A DNA stretch of 64,000 nucleotides from an uncultured Patescibacteria group bacterium. GTDB taxonomy: Bacteria; Patescibacteriota; Microgenomatia; UBA1400; PJMF01. Position 1 is the first letter of the stretch, and every line of letters starts with the position of its first letter. Below are positions 31,115-41,171 of this stretch, one piece after another. The stretch is from positions 267,523 through 331,522 of the forward strand of contig CAJQIG010000004.1 in assembly GCA_905478415.1 (NCBI GenBank), read 5' to 3'. The notes beneath the pieces were generated by a model, which was given only the letters and a program-made list of their open reading frames with translations, did not search any database and was not told the DNA's origin. The translations under genes were made by a program, and so were the position numbers.

Positions 31115-31759
31115 TTAGCTTTTAGGATTAACGGTGGCACGATTTTCTGCCTCTAACACAACTTCTTTGTGACCTTTTTTATTTTGAAGCTCTACCTTGG
31201 AAAGCAAAAAGCCTTCACAATCGAGACCTCGATCCTGGAAATACTTTTGAAGTTCGTCTTTAACCATGAGTTCAACCTGACCACGATTTTGTCTAATCTG
31301 ATCGAGTGTCCACTCACTAAAGAGGGCTGAAATCTTACTTCGAGAAAAAGGTCTGACAACCTTAGAAACAACATGTTCACCTAAATTTTCCCAAAGTTCT
31401 GGTGCATTTTCCTTATCGATTCTAAACAAAATGGAACCTTCAATAGCAATATCTTTGCCATCTGCAGTAACGGTTTGAATAGGATGATCTCCAAGCGCCT
31501 CGCGATTTCTTTCGAGAGAAAAACCCGCCATTAAAGAATATTCTAGAACTTGAGCATTAAAAAGTTTGGCGATCTGCCAAAACGGAATTTTGAAGTGAAG
31601 GCCAGGCCCCCAGATGCGAGGTAATACACCCCGACCTCTGTCATACACACAAGCAACGTGTCCTGGTGGCACTGAAATAAAGAAGCCTCCAACAACTTCG
31701 TCAACTAAAAAAGAAACGACTAATCTATCAAATTCCATAGGTATCCTTTTGGCGCGCAA
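31115..31759 (-). CDS. SPFH/prohibitin (band 7) domain protein
   Basis: VPPGHVACV, PGLHFKIPFWQ, TADGKDI; true start may be ATG 31738. Confidence 0.85.
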   Translation of the reverse strand: MRAKRIPMEFDRLVVSFLVDEVVGGFFISVPPGHVACVYDRGRGVLPRIWGPGLHFKIPFWQIAKLFNAQVLEYSLMAGFSLERNREALGDHPIQTVTADGKDIAIEGSILFRIDKENAPELWENLGEHVVSKVVRPFSRSKISALFSEWTLDQIRQNRGQVELMVKDELQKYFQDRGLDCEGFLLSKVELQNKKGHKEVVLEAENRATVNPKS

Positions 31760-31785
31760 AACGCTCAGTAGAGGTTATTGTATCA

Positions 31786-32559
31786 CTACTTTGTAGCTAC
31801 GACTATTTTTTCTTCTGAAGATTCTTCCGCAGACTGCTCTTTTTTATACTTATAATCAGAGAAGTTTCTACTCACAATCCTAATAATTAAGAGAATAATA
31901 CTAAATACTAACGACGTAATCACAAACATCTTCTTGCCTGCTGGTAACCCCATAAATATCAAAAATGAGACGACTGGAAGAACCAGTTGCAACCGAACCA
32001 CTTCTGCTTTAGTGACACGATACCTCGAGTAATATGTTGAAAGTGTCTCCATAATGAAGATAAGAATTGATTGAATAAAGTTGAGCGTCAAGTTTGGCTG
32101 ACTCAAATCATACGTACCTAAAAACACCAAGTTATATGGTGTCTCAATCTCAGGCATAAAACTATAGAGCAGATGTAAATCTGCGCCCTCTAGCCCAGTT
32201 TTGAACATTTTCCAGAGCATTAAAGCCAGGGTCACCTGCACAACTAGGGATACGAGTTCAGAAACTAAGACGCTGTTATTTGTTTTGAGCAGCTTCTTTC
32301 GCTCTTTTTCGAGCCCAATGGGATTACTTGCAAAATCTTTTTCAATTTGAGCCAGTTCGGCCATAATTTGACGTCGCTCATGCTCAGTTCGATGTCCCTT
32401 TAAAGAAAGTGGCAACATCAAAATACGAACGATTATAGTAAAAATAATTACGGCAATACCCATGTCTGGGTGGCCATTGGTTACAAAGCTTAACAGCCAA
32501 TAGGTAAACACCAAAATATTCAAAAATGGCTGGTAAATGAGCAGGGTGAAAAGATGCAT
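31786..32559 (-). CDS. yidC: YidC/Oxa1 family membrane insertase
   Basis: YQPFLN, GIAVIIFTIIVRILMLPL, LPAG; start refined to MHLFT. Confidence 0.8.
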   Translation of the reverse strand: MHLFTLLIYQPFLNILVFTYWLLSFVTNGHPDMGIAVIIFTIIVRILMLPLSLKGHRTEHERRQIMAELAQIEKDFASNPIGLEKERKKLLKTNNSVLVSELVSLVVQVTLALMLWKMFKTGLEGADLHLLYSFMPEIETPYNLVFLGTYDLSQPNLTLNFIQSILIFIMETLSTYYSRYRVTKAEVVRLQLVLPVVSFLIFMGLPAGKKMFVITSLVFSIILLIIRIVSRNFSDYKYKKEQSAEESSEEKIVVATK

Positions 32560-32563
32560 GAGG

Positions 32564-32893
32564 TTAACTTTCGAGTTGGGCGTCCTCGTACATAATACCT
32601 TCAACGGTCGAAATAGTCTCTTTGAGAGTGAAAATTAACTCCTGAGAAAGTGCCAACGCCTCGTCATCAGAAAAAATATTTTCGATGGTGATACCTGAAT
32701 CGTCGACAAACTCGTCAATAGCTTCGTTGATCATTTCTCCATATTCATCGATCCATCGTTCTCGCTCTTCAAAAGGAAGCATCTGCACTTCTTCTAAAAT
32801 CTTCTGAATCCCCTTAATTTCACGAACCTTCAAAAATAATCTGAATTTTTTTGAGACCTCTTCTCCAGAGGTGAAAGCTACAGTTCCTGTCAT
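32564..32893 (-). CDS. Hypothetical acidic protein
   Basis: 109 aa, first gene of the operon with yidC; TATAAT 8 nt before the ATG. Confidence 0.7.
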   Translation of the reverse strand: MTGTVAFTSGEEVSKKFRLFLKVREIKGIQKILEEVQMLPFEERERWIDEYGEMINEAIDEFVDDSGITIENIFSDDEALALSQELIFTLKETISTVEGIMYEDAQLES

Positions 32894-32991
32894 ATGGGAG
32901 CATTATACTATGTTTTTTGAAACTGTCCCTGAGAGTTTTGTTTTTGCTTGGGCTTCTGAGGAGTTGCTCTGCCTGGTATAATAGGGAGTTC

Positions 32992-34089
32992 ATGCAAATG
33001 CTAGACCTTAGTAACACACCAGTTTCAGAAATAATAGCCACTACTTGCAACGTCTTGCAAAAAGGTGGTCTGGTTATTTTCCCCACAGAAACAACGTATG
33101 GCGCCGGAGTTGATGCTACTAATCCGGCTGCTGTCGAAAAACTATTAGCGTATAAAAGTCGAAGAGAAGGCAAACCTCTTTCTATTGCTGTAACAAATAA
33201 AACTATGGCTTCCGAGTATGTTTTTCTCAATCAACAAGCAGATGCACTTATTGATCAATTTTTACCAGGACCAGTAACGATAGTTTGTAAAGATAAAGGT
33301 GTTGTTTCGCCTGGTGTAGCTTCTGAATTTGGAACGCTTGGCCTTAGAATTCCCGACTACCAATTAATTTTAGATATCTTAGAAACCTACCAAAAACCAA
33401 TAACCGCTACTTCGGCAAACGGCTCCGGTCAAAGACGACCCTACTCTGTAAAGGACCTCCTGGACAATCTTTCGGGAGTTCAGAAAGAAAAAATTGACCT
33501 CATTTTGGATGCCGGTGAACTACCACACAACCAACCATCAACTATTATTGACACCACTTTAGAAACTCCTATCACCTTGAGAGAAGGAAGCACCGCTCTT
33601 GCTCCAAACACCGCTTCACAAACACTTATAACTACAACCGAAGAAGAGACGAAGTCCATAGCTGGAAAACTACTTTTGAAACACTGGACGACCATTCGAG
33701 ATTCGGGCCTGATTATTGCTCTCGATGGCCCCCTGGGAGTTGGTAAAACTGTTTTTACCAAAGGTGTTGCCCAGTTCCTCGGCATCTCTGAAACCATTAC
33801 CTCGCCCACCTACTCCTACATTGAAGAGTATGACTTTACTCGTCACCAAACCAAAGGTCGACTCTATCACGCCGATCTATGGAAAGTTGAAAGCCCTGAA
33901 GAAACACAACGACTTGGATTTGAGGATCTACTGAAACCAAAAACTGTCACTGTTATCGAGTGGTTTTCTATCACTGCAGAGCACATTCAAAAACTGGCAC
34001 AAAAACGAACTATCCCCATCATGCATATCACGCTTTCAGAAGATGGTACCAAACGAATCTTACAAATAACTGACACTAAACACTCATGA
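32992..34089 (+). CDS. tsaC-tsaE: Fused TsaC (YrdC/Sua5) - TsaE t6A biosynthesis protein
   Basis: N-half FPTETTYG, KSR..KPL, TATSAN; C-half LDGPLGVGKT, ITSPTY, YHADLW, VIEW; no internal stop. Confidence 0.9.
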   Translation: MQMLDLSNTPVSEIIATTCNVLQKGGLVIFPTETTYGAGVDATNPAAVEKLLAYKSRREGKPLSIAVTNKTMASEYVFLNQQADALIDQFLPGPVTIVCKDKGVVSPGVASEFGTLGLRIPDYQLILDILETYQKPITATSANGSGQRRPYSVKDLLDNLSGVQKEKIDLILDAGELPHNQPSTIIDTTLETPITLREGSTALAPNTASQTLITTTEEETKSIAGKLLLKHWTTIRDSGLIIALDGPLGVGKTVFTKGVAQFLGISETITSPTYSYIEEYDFTRHQTKGRLYHADLWKVESPEETQRLGFEDLLKPKTVTVIEWFSITAEHIQKLAQKRTIPIMHITLSEDGTKRILQITDTKHS

Positions 34090-35150
34090 AAGCACAGCCG
34101 CTCATTCTAGCTATTGATACTTCATGCGATGATACTTCTGCCGCAGTAGTTTCTGGACGGGTCATCCTATCAAATGTCATTGCTTCTCAGGTGGAGCTGC
34201 ACAAACCGTATGGTGGTGTCTTTCCAACAGTAGCTAAACAAGCCCACAAAGAGAACATTGCTCGAGTAATCAAGACAGCACTGTCCCAAGCACAGACACA
34301 ACCATCAGAGCTAGCTGCTGTGGCCTTTACCGCTGGTCCAGGACTAGCTCCAGCTCTCGAAGTGGGCATTACTGCCGCCCGAAAGTTTGCACAAACGCAT
34401 AACTTACCACTTATTCCCGTTAACCACATCGAAGGACACACCCTTTCTTGCCTCGCACTGCCTAAAACAAAACTTGGCGTTCACGTGTCAGAACCTCAGA
34501 CCCCAGCCCTGGCTATTATTGTCAGTGGTGGCCATACACAATTCATAGCTATTAACCAAATCGGTGAGTACGAGATTGTCGGGACAACGCTCGACGATGC
34601 AGCTGGAGAGTGCCTTGATAAAGTTGGTCGAATGCTGAATCTTGGCTATCCTGCTGGAGCAACTATCGAAACCTTTGCCAAACAAGGAAACCCGAAGTCT
34701 ATCACCTTTCCTCTGCCGATGACAGCCAGTGGTGACTTCAACATGAGCTTTTCTGGTCTTAAAACCTTTGCTCGCAATACTCTCGAAGAGAACACGAAGG
34801 TGACACCACTTAAAAAACAAGAGGTTTTTGACTTCTGTGCATCGATACAATACTCGGTATTTCGGCATATTATGCATAAAATGAATAAGCTTTTAAAAGA
34901 ACGCACTTTCCAAGAAGTTTGGCTCGGTGGAGGCGTTGCTTCCAACATCACCTTGCGCCGAATGATACGCGAAACTATCAAACCCCACGGTCTAAAACTC
35001 AAAGTTCCCTATACCCGAAGACTCAACATGGATAATGCTGCCATGATTGGCGTAGTCGCCAGCTATAAACTTGCAAAAAAACAAACGGTCATGAATACTG
35101 AAACTATAGATCGAAAACCGAGATGGAGTATTGGAACAACCTATGATTGA
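34086..35150 (+). CDS. tsaD: tRNA threonylcarbamoyltransferase TsaD
   Basis: IDTSCDDT, GPGL, NHIEGH, VSGGHT, DDAAGE, SFSGLK, DNAAMIG. Confidence 0.97.
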   Translation: MKAQPLILAIDTSCDDTSAAVVSGRVILSNVIASQVELHKPYGGVFPTVAKQAHKENIARVIKTALSQAQTQPSELAAVAFTAGPGLAPALEVGITAARKFAQTHNLPLIPVNHIEGHTLSCLALPKTKLGVHVSEPQTPALAIIVSGGHTQFIAINQIGEYEIVGTTLDDAAGECLDKVGRMLNLGYPAGATIETFAKQGNPKSITFPLPMTASGDFNMSFSGLKTFARNTLEENTKVTPLKKQEVFDFCASIQYSVFRHIMHKMNKLLKERTFQEVWLGGGVASNITLRRMIRETIKPHGLKLKVPYTRRLNMDNAAMIGVVASYKLAKKQTVMNTETIDRKPRWSIGTTYD

Positions 35151-35803
35151 TCTGTTTGGCAGACGCCGAAGGCAAGAAGCAGCTGCTCAATTACAAGCTC
35201 TTGAACAAGAGAAACAGGATGTTGAACAATATGCACCACAGGTTGCAAAACTCAAGATTTCGGGTAACAGATTCCATTCGACAAATAGAATTTTTTGAAA
35301 CCCCGCACGGGGTATCAGTCACTGCTGGTTGTGACGTTGGCTATCAAGCCCATGAGCGCCGTAACACCCCTAATCAGGACCGTGTAGTGGTCGATCCAAA
35401 GCGTGAGCGATTTGTTGTTATTGATGGCATAGGCGGCTCAGAAGAGGGAGAAAAAGCAGCATCTCTTGGAAGAATCATTCACTCAACCAAACTCTAGTAT
35501 CAACTCCGCAGTAGAAACCGCATAAGAACAACTTGCAGAACAGAGGTGAAACCAGGTTTCCGAGTCATCCTCATGAGTGATGGCATTGCGGATAACCTCA
35601 ACCGAGAAGAAATCGAAAAGCTAATTGCTGGCAAAACCCAAGAAGAAGCCTTCATGATCCTTGCAAAAATTACTACTGAACGCATGCAAAATGAACCCAC
35701 AATTGCTGCTGAAGAACCTGCTGCAGATCAAAACTATTCAGACGTATTCTACCAAAGGCCTAAGCAGGATAATCGGGGGTTGGTGGTTTTTGATGTGGCT
35801 TAG
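35143..35803 (+). pseudogene. Fragmented PP2C/PPM-family phosphatase
   Basis: NQD and VIDGIGG motifs lie in one ORF ending at 35497; MSDG and DN motifs lie in a separate ORF (35546-35803); the ATG at 35143 opens a different frame; the middle of the domain is missing. Confidence 0.7.
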
Positions 35804-35827
35804 CTGTTCTATAGGTAAATTCGGTAC

Positions 35828-35854
35828 AAAAAAGGGAGGCTATTGCCTCCCTTT
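35828..35854. terminator. Bidirectional terminator
   Basis: aaaaaagggaggc-tatt-gcctcccttt. Confidence 0.75.
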
Positions 35855-35877
35855 AATCATATTCTCATATTTGAGTA

Positions 35878-36177
35878 TTACTCTTGAGCTTTCTCCATTG
35901 CCCAAGATAGATCTTCATACGCATTCTTTGCAGTCTTTGTGATAGCAGCATCCATTTCACTCTCAACCATATCCATTTGGTCTCCAATATCTGAGTCAAG
36001 CTCCGCATAAGCCTTTGCTAACAATTCGTTGTCAGCTGCAGAGTCTTCGAGCTCTTGCTCTAAACGATCTGCATCTTCGCTACTCATCTCATCAGGATAC
36101 TTATTAAGTATTCCCATTATCTCCTCATCTTGTAGCTGCTCAGCTTCCATTTGATCTAGTAAATCTTGCTTTTTCAT
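35878..36177 (-). CDS. Highly acidic small helical protein
   Basis: 99 aa, D/E-rich, SD-like aaggaag. Confidence 0.7.
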   Translation of the reverse strand: MKKQDLLDQMEAEQLQDEEIMGILNKYPDEMSSEDADRLEQELEDSAADNELLAKAYAELDSDIGDQMDMVESEMDAAITKTAKNAYEDLSWAMEKAQE

Positions 36178-36202
36178 AAATATACTTCCTTTATTACCTT
36201 AC

Positions 36203-36955
36203 TTAATTAAATGTAGCTACACCACGAACTTTTCGTAATATATTTGCAGTTCCTCTAGTTAACCTTCCTCTGCTATCAGCTTTCGATTGTGCTGAAGCAA
36301 ATGTTTCCTGCATCTTTTGAAGTCCTGCTACTTTTCTTTCTGTTGCAGCCAACATTGCACCGGTCTTTAAGACATCTGCACTGCTAACATCTGCATCAGG
36401 AATGTTTCCAATAGCTTTCTTTGCTTCTCGCTTTGCGTCTTGAAGTTCTTTGAGAGCACCTTTAACTTTTCCGCTATACTCTTCAGCCTTTGTACCAAGT
36501 CTACTAGCGGTACTATCAACTGTTCCATCAAGCTTAGCTGCCCAAGCATCTGTTTTATTATCTACCCAACCATCAGCTGCTGCCAATGTGTCATAAGCCT
36601 TGGCTGGTAAATCTGCAATCCAATCCTGAAGACGCTCTTTATTCTTAACATCTTTGTCATGGAACGTTTTAACACCCTCTACTGCTGCTTTACCCGTATC
36701 TACTACAGTATCTTTTGCATTCCTTGCCGCATCTTTTGCATTTTGAATACCTGTGGAAATGGCTTCGCCCATATTGCTGACAGCGGCTCTTTTATCTGCC
36801 CACCACTGTTGTCTAGCGGCTGCTTTTTCAGCTTTTTCCTTATCCTTTGCAGCTCTTCTCTCTGCAATATTTTTTCTAATTTCAGCTGCCTTTGCGAGCT
36901 TTGCATCTGCACCTACAAGTGTTTGTTCTGGCGCTGGACTTTGACCTTCGTTCAT
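36203..36955 (-). CDS. Ala/Lys-rich amphipathic helical protein
   Basis: 250 aa, AAGGAG SD, LEA/apolipoprotein-like composition. Confidence 0.75.
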   Translation of the reverse strand: MNEGQSPAPEQTLVGADAKLAKAAEIRKNIAERRAAKDKEKAEKAAARQQWWADKRAAVSNMGEAISTGIQNAKDAARNAKDTVVDTGKAAVEGVKTFHDKDVKNKERLQDWIADLPAKAYDTLAAADGWVDNKTDAWAAKLDGTVDSTASRLGTKAEEYSGKVKGALKELQDAKREAKKAIGNIPDADVSSADVLKTGAMLAATERKVAGLQKMQETFASAQSKADSRGRLTRGTANILRKVRGVATFN

Positions 36956-36966
36956 ATTTCTCCTTA

Positions 36967-37503
36967 CTAATTACTACTTAAATTCTTACGCTGTCTAATC
37001 TTGTCTAAAAATGACTGAATTCCAGAAACTGTTGACGATTGTTGGGGTGCCACTGGTGCTGCCTGAGGTGGTTGTGGCATTGTAGCTGCTGCGACAGGAG
37101 CTGCTGGAGCTGCCCCTCCCATTGCTATCAACGCATCGACACTAGAGTGATCTGTGGCTCGAGGACCGCGTTGACTCAAGTTTGCCAATTCTTTCAGATA
37201 GTCCCCATTACTGGGCATCGTAGCTGGAGCTGGTGTCATAGCAGGATTTACACTACCAAAATCGTTCAGCAATTGGTCAACAGCTGAGTTATTGGTCTGA
37301 TGAGCATCTGCTTTCGCCAATGAAGCCAAAGTATCCAGTGATGCTTGCACATCACTAGTGTTCCCCATAACTGGAGCTTGTGAAACTTCAGTGCGAACTG
37401 GAGCACTTCCACCCATTTGAGCTGCGACTTGGCGGGCGACTTCTTCCGTAATGTACGCTTCTAAATCAGCTCTGAAGCGACTGAAAGCTTGTTGTAAATC
37501 CAT
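36967..37503 (-). CDS. Pro/Ala-rich, probably disordered protein with an internal repeat
   Basis: 178 aa, first gene of a three-gene operon. Confidence 0.75.
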   Translation of the reverse strand: MDLQQAFSRFRADLEAYITEEVARQVAAQMGGSAPVRTEVSQAPVMGNTSDVQASLDTLASLAKADAHQTNNSAVDQLLNDFGSVNPAMTPAPATMPSNGDYLKELANLSQRGPRATDHSSVDALIAMGGAAPAAPVAAATMPQPPQAAPVAPQQSSTVSGIQSFLDKIRQRKNLSSN

Positions 37504-37656
37504 ATGCTTCCTTACTATTGATATAGTATGTTCTATTTATATATGTTTTGATTAGATTGATACAGCAACCAAAACGTATTTCTTTCCTAAGTATAGCTAC
37601 TTGCCAATATCTTGCCAAGTAGCTATTTTATTTTTACGAACAATTTACTACCACTA

Positions 37657-39861
37657 CTATATTGGACAGGCTCCGCTCTCACACTTTAAGTGCTCAAAAT
37701 CGATGTCTTCCATAATAGTTTCGTCCTTTTCTATTTCGTCCAGAACCTTCATAAACTCACTGGTGGTAACTGGCTGCTCTGGTTGATACTCATACGCAGT
37801 AGCATCTTGCTGTGGCATCACACTACAACATTTAATATCTCCCTGGTACTTATGAACCATCTCAGTGAAGTTCTTGTAACTCACTTTCTTAGGATTGTAC
37901 TTAAGCGTGTACGAAACTTGATTACCAGTATCTTCGAGTGGCTTACCTTCTTCGTCGATACCCACAATCCAGTACTTCTCAAGTAACATTAACCATTTGT
38001 ACTGTTCTTCAGGAGTTGCTTCAGCAGCAGTCACTAACTCACCATTCATCCCAATTCGACAAATAAGTGGCTGAGTTGGGAAACCAACTGCAGTTGAACC
38101 CTGATAACTTTTTAGAACCTTAACTGGATACCCTTTTTGCTTGTAGCGTTTGACCATTGGATCATCACTGCGATACTGCACCCAGCGAATATACTCGCGC
38201 ATACTTGGCAGATGAGCTCCTTCTGTCAGAGCAAATAATTTTGAAATCGTGCCTGAAGGCTTAATGGTAGTATTTGTATGAGGTACGTTAACACCTAGTT
38301 TTTTAGAGTACTCTTCGGCTTCCTCAACGACTGCTCGTTTAAATCGAGCCATAGTCTGCCAAAAATCTTGAGCTTTTTCTTCGTCGATAACATCACGGAA
38401 GGCATACCCAAACATATTCCAAGCAAACTCATGAATACCAGTCATCCCAACACCAATTCTGTTCGTTCGTTTAACTTCTCGAGAGTACAGACAGTCCATT
38501 GAGTTAACACGAATCAGAGCTCGAGCCATAGCCCGGAATGCTTCTTCGGCATCATCCAAAGTTGGGCAGTAGTAAGGAACCACATCGCCAATAACACAGT
38601 AGCCACCCAGCATATTCAAAGAAATCTCGCCACAAGGATTTGGGATCTGAGCATAGACTTTGGCACCAGCATTTCGAGCTAGCTTAGCCAGCATCTTTTC
38701 ACTGTGCTTCATTGGTTTGTATTTTTCACTTTCAGCATATTTACCATCTTGGTAACCATCATAGCCTTCATCATTCTGAACAAGTCTGTGCTGGTTAATA
38801 AACCCTGGTTCACCGGTCCCGTCTTCGTACGAAGCTTTCATAATAGCTTCAAGAACTTTTTTGGCATGGTTGCTGCGTTGCTTCCAAAACTTATCATCTA
38901 CAGCTACAGAGTTGTTTGCGCTCCACAAAAAGCCGCCTCGTTTGAGGTTAATAAAATCAAATACCTCTGGATCACTCCAAGTCTTTGTAGCAATACGAGC
39001 GCTGCGGCGAGCACCACCAACCAAGACACACTCGGCTAAGTAGTGATCAACAAACATAGCTTGTCTCCAAGGAGACATACCGGCTCCCTTAACTGTAGCT
39101 AACTTAATTATCGCATTCATAAGTGGTTTAGGACCGGAAGATGGTCTATCCTGCATACCTTTGATTGGACTTCCTTTTGGTCTGACTTTACTGAAATCTA
39201 AAATCAACAGGTCATCTTTATGTTTTCTGTCAAACGCCATCATCTCAACCATCTCAACAGCCTGAGCCCATCCTTCTCGACTATCAGGTACTTCAAACCA
39301 GTGGATAGCATCGTCATCACCATACTTATGTTTGGCATCTCGCAGGCTTTCATCAACCCCCCACTCAAAATCGGCATGATCAGCATCAATCACACAACGG
39401 ACGTTCGGCATGTTATCCCAATCGACCACACACATATCGTCGTCATAGGCTCTCCCAACTCCTGAGCCATTCATTAAGAGGTAAAAAAGGATAAAAGATG
39501 AAGAAGCAGTACTACAGTTAGTAAAGACCTCCATATTGCGACTTGGTTGCGTTTCATCCCCATGTTGTAAGTGACGTCCACTCATTAACATTGAGGCGTT
39601 TGAAATATGCTTTTTGAGAAGCTGATACTCTTCTTCCTGGTGTTTTTTACCAATACCCTTGAAGTTTTTTACCAAAGCGGTATTTCCTCGAGCAACTCTA
39701 TCAGCAACCTCAGGCCACTTTTCCCAACGCTCATGGTTAGTTTTTTCGTCAACGACCTTTCTCAGGTAGGTTCTGCGCGCAACGGCTTTGCCCATTCCCT
39801 GATCAAGTTTTCGCTCGATAAATCTCATTTTTTTCTTTGGTAAGGCAGCTTTTGGTGACAT
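37657..39861 (-). CDS. nrdJ: Class II (adenosylcobalamin-dependent) ribonucleotide reductase
   Basis: FTNCS, VPDSREGW, GGARRSA, NPCGEI, TIKPSGTIS, C-terminal CESGACPI; no beta subunit nearby. Confidence 0.88.
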   Translation of the reverse strand: MSPKAALPKKKMRFIERKLDQGMGKAVARRTYLRKVVDEKTNHERWEKWPEVADRVARGNTALVKNFKGIGKKHQEEEYQLLKKHISNASMLMSGRHLQHGDETQPSRNMEVFTNCSTASSSFILFYLLMNGSGVGRAYDDDMCVVDWDNMPNVRCVIDADHADFEWGVDESLRDAKHKYGDDDAIHWFEVPDSREGWAQAVEMVEMMAFDRKHKDDLLILDFSKVRPKGSPIKGMQDRPSSGPKPLMNAIIKLATVKGAGMSPWRQAMFVDHYLAECVLVGGARRSARIATKTWSDPEVFDFINLKRGGFLWSANNSVAVDDKFWKQRSNHAKKVLEAIMKASYEDGTGEPGFINQHRLVQNDEGYDGYQDGKYAESEKYKPMKHSEKMLAKLARNAGAKVYAQIPNPCGEISLNMLGGYCVIGDVVPYYCPTLDDAEEAFRAMARALIRVNSMDCLYSREVKRTNRIGVGMTGIHEFAWNMFGYAFRDVIDEEKAQDFWQTMARFKRAVVEEAEEYSKKLGVNVPHTNTTIKPSGTISKLFALTEGAHLPSMREYIRWVQYRSDDPMVKRYKQKGYPVKVLKSYQGSTAVGFPTQPLICRIGMNGELVTAAEATPEEQYKWLMLLEKYWIVGIDEEGKPLEDTGNQVSYTLKYNPKKVSYKNFTEMVHKYQGDIKCCSVMPQQDATAYEYQPEQPVTTSEFMKVLDEIEKDETIMEDIDFEHLKCESGACPI

Positions 39862-39880
39862 AGTGTAGTTCTTTCCTTAG

Positions 39881-40348
39881 TTACGAATTTTCGTCAATAT
39901 CTTCTATTAATCGTTGTATTTCTTCTTGAAAATCCTCTAGACTTCCAAAATCTCGATACACACTTGCAAACAACAAGTAAGAAAGTTTATCAACTTTCTT
40001 GAGTCGGTTGATAACAAGGTTACCGACTTCCCAACTCTTAACTTCGCTGGTCTTTTTAAGACGCAGCTTACGTTCCACATCATTGAGAAGCTCCTCGATA
40101 TCTGCCATAGAAACAGGACGCTTCCAGGTAGCCTTCACAATTCCTCGCTTGAGCTTTTCACGATCGAAAGGCACTCGAGCTCCATCCTTCTTAATCACTT
40201 TAAGGTCAATGCCTTCAACTCGCTCATAAGTAGTAAACCGTTTGCCACAAGAGTTGCACAGGCGGCGGCGACGAATCGTGCTTTGCTCTTCGGCCTCACG
40301 AGAATCAATCACATTGGTATCTGGTTTTAAACAGTAGGGACACTTCAT
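39881..40348 (-). CDS. nrdR: Transcriptional repressor NrdR
   Basis: MKCPYC, IRRRRLCNSCGKRFTTYE, ATP cone, FASVYRDF. Confidence 0.98.
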   Translation of the reverse strand: MKCPYCLKPDTNVIDSREAEEQSTIRRRRLCNSCGKRFTTYERVEGIDLKVIKKDGARVPFDREKLKRGIVKATWKRPVSMADIEELLNDVERKLRLKKTSEVKSWEVGNLVINRLKKVDKLSYLLFASVYRDFGSLEDFQEEIQRLIEDIDENS

Positions 40349-40452
40349 ACTTACTTTCTAACTTTTGTAACCACATTTTGTATGCAATCTCCACAAAAGT
40401 TCCTGTAGACCATCATCTTTTTACTAGCAGTTGTATATACTCCCATATAAAA

Positions 40453-40468
40453 CCACAACATCTAGTGG
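40453..40468. promoter_or_regulatory. NrdR box
   Basis: ccacaacatctagtgg fits the acaCwAtATaTwGtg-type palindrome, upstream of nrdR-nrdJ; weaker second candidate at ~40368-40383. Confidence 0.7.
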
Positions 40469-40574
40469 TTAAGTAAATGACGGATCTAAAGAATCTCACA
40501 AAATAAGGGATCGTGTCAACTGTAACAAAAGAGACCAAAAAAATAGATCACTGTGGGATAGAAATAAGTGCTTT

Positions 40575-41087
40575 TTATTGAAGAAATGACTCGCTCTCGG
40601 CAATGAGTGTTTGTAATACCATCTGCTCATCATCCGAGTAGTACTCTTGAATCTGTATAAGCTGGTCTGTTTGTTGTCGAAGACTTGAAGTAATTTCTTC
40701 CATACAGCTTTCTTCAAGACCTAGTTGTCGTGCCTCAAGAGCGGCGGTCAATAAATATTTTTGGGCTTTTGTGGCTGTTGAAAGCGCTGTACTGTATTTT
40801 TCCTTCGCAATCAGCCTTCGTGCATAGTGCATCCGTTGTGTAGCATAGGTAATTCGCAAATGAATTCTGTCTTTTGGTTGAGCAATTTCTAAGAGAACTC
40901 TGTCCTTAGCCATTAAAAGTGGGTATAAAGCATGGTCCGGTAATACTTCACTTTTGAAATACATCTCTCGCCGACTAGCCTGATTGCCTTGTGACTGTAC
41001 TTGAGAAGCAGCTACTAAAGAAATCCCCACTAAACTAACACCAAAAAGGATGGCTGCAACCGAGACAATAACTTGAACGTGCTTCAT
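40575..41087 (-). CDS. Membrane-anchored helical protein (DUF5667-like)
   Basis: TM followed by the VLPDHALYPL..KDRV pattern. Confidence 0.7.
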   Translation of the reverse strand: MKHVQVIVSVAAILFGVSLVGISLVAASQVQSQGNQASRREMYFKSEVLPDHALYPLLMAKDRVLLEIAQPKDRIHLRITYATQRMHYARRLIAKEKYSTALSTATKAQKYLLTAALEARQLGLEESCMEEITSSLRQQTDQLIQIQEYYSDDEQMVLQTLIAESESFLQ

Positions 41088-41171
41088 ATACTTGTTCTCT
41101 CATCAAAAAAGGTACTATATCAAAAAAAACGCCAAACTAAAGAGTCAATCTACACCCTACAAAAGTTTTCT

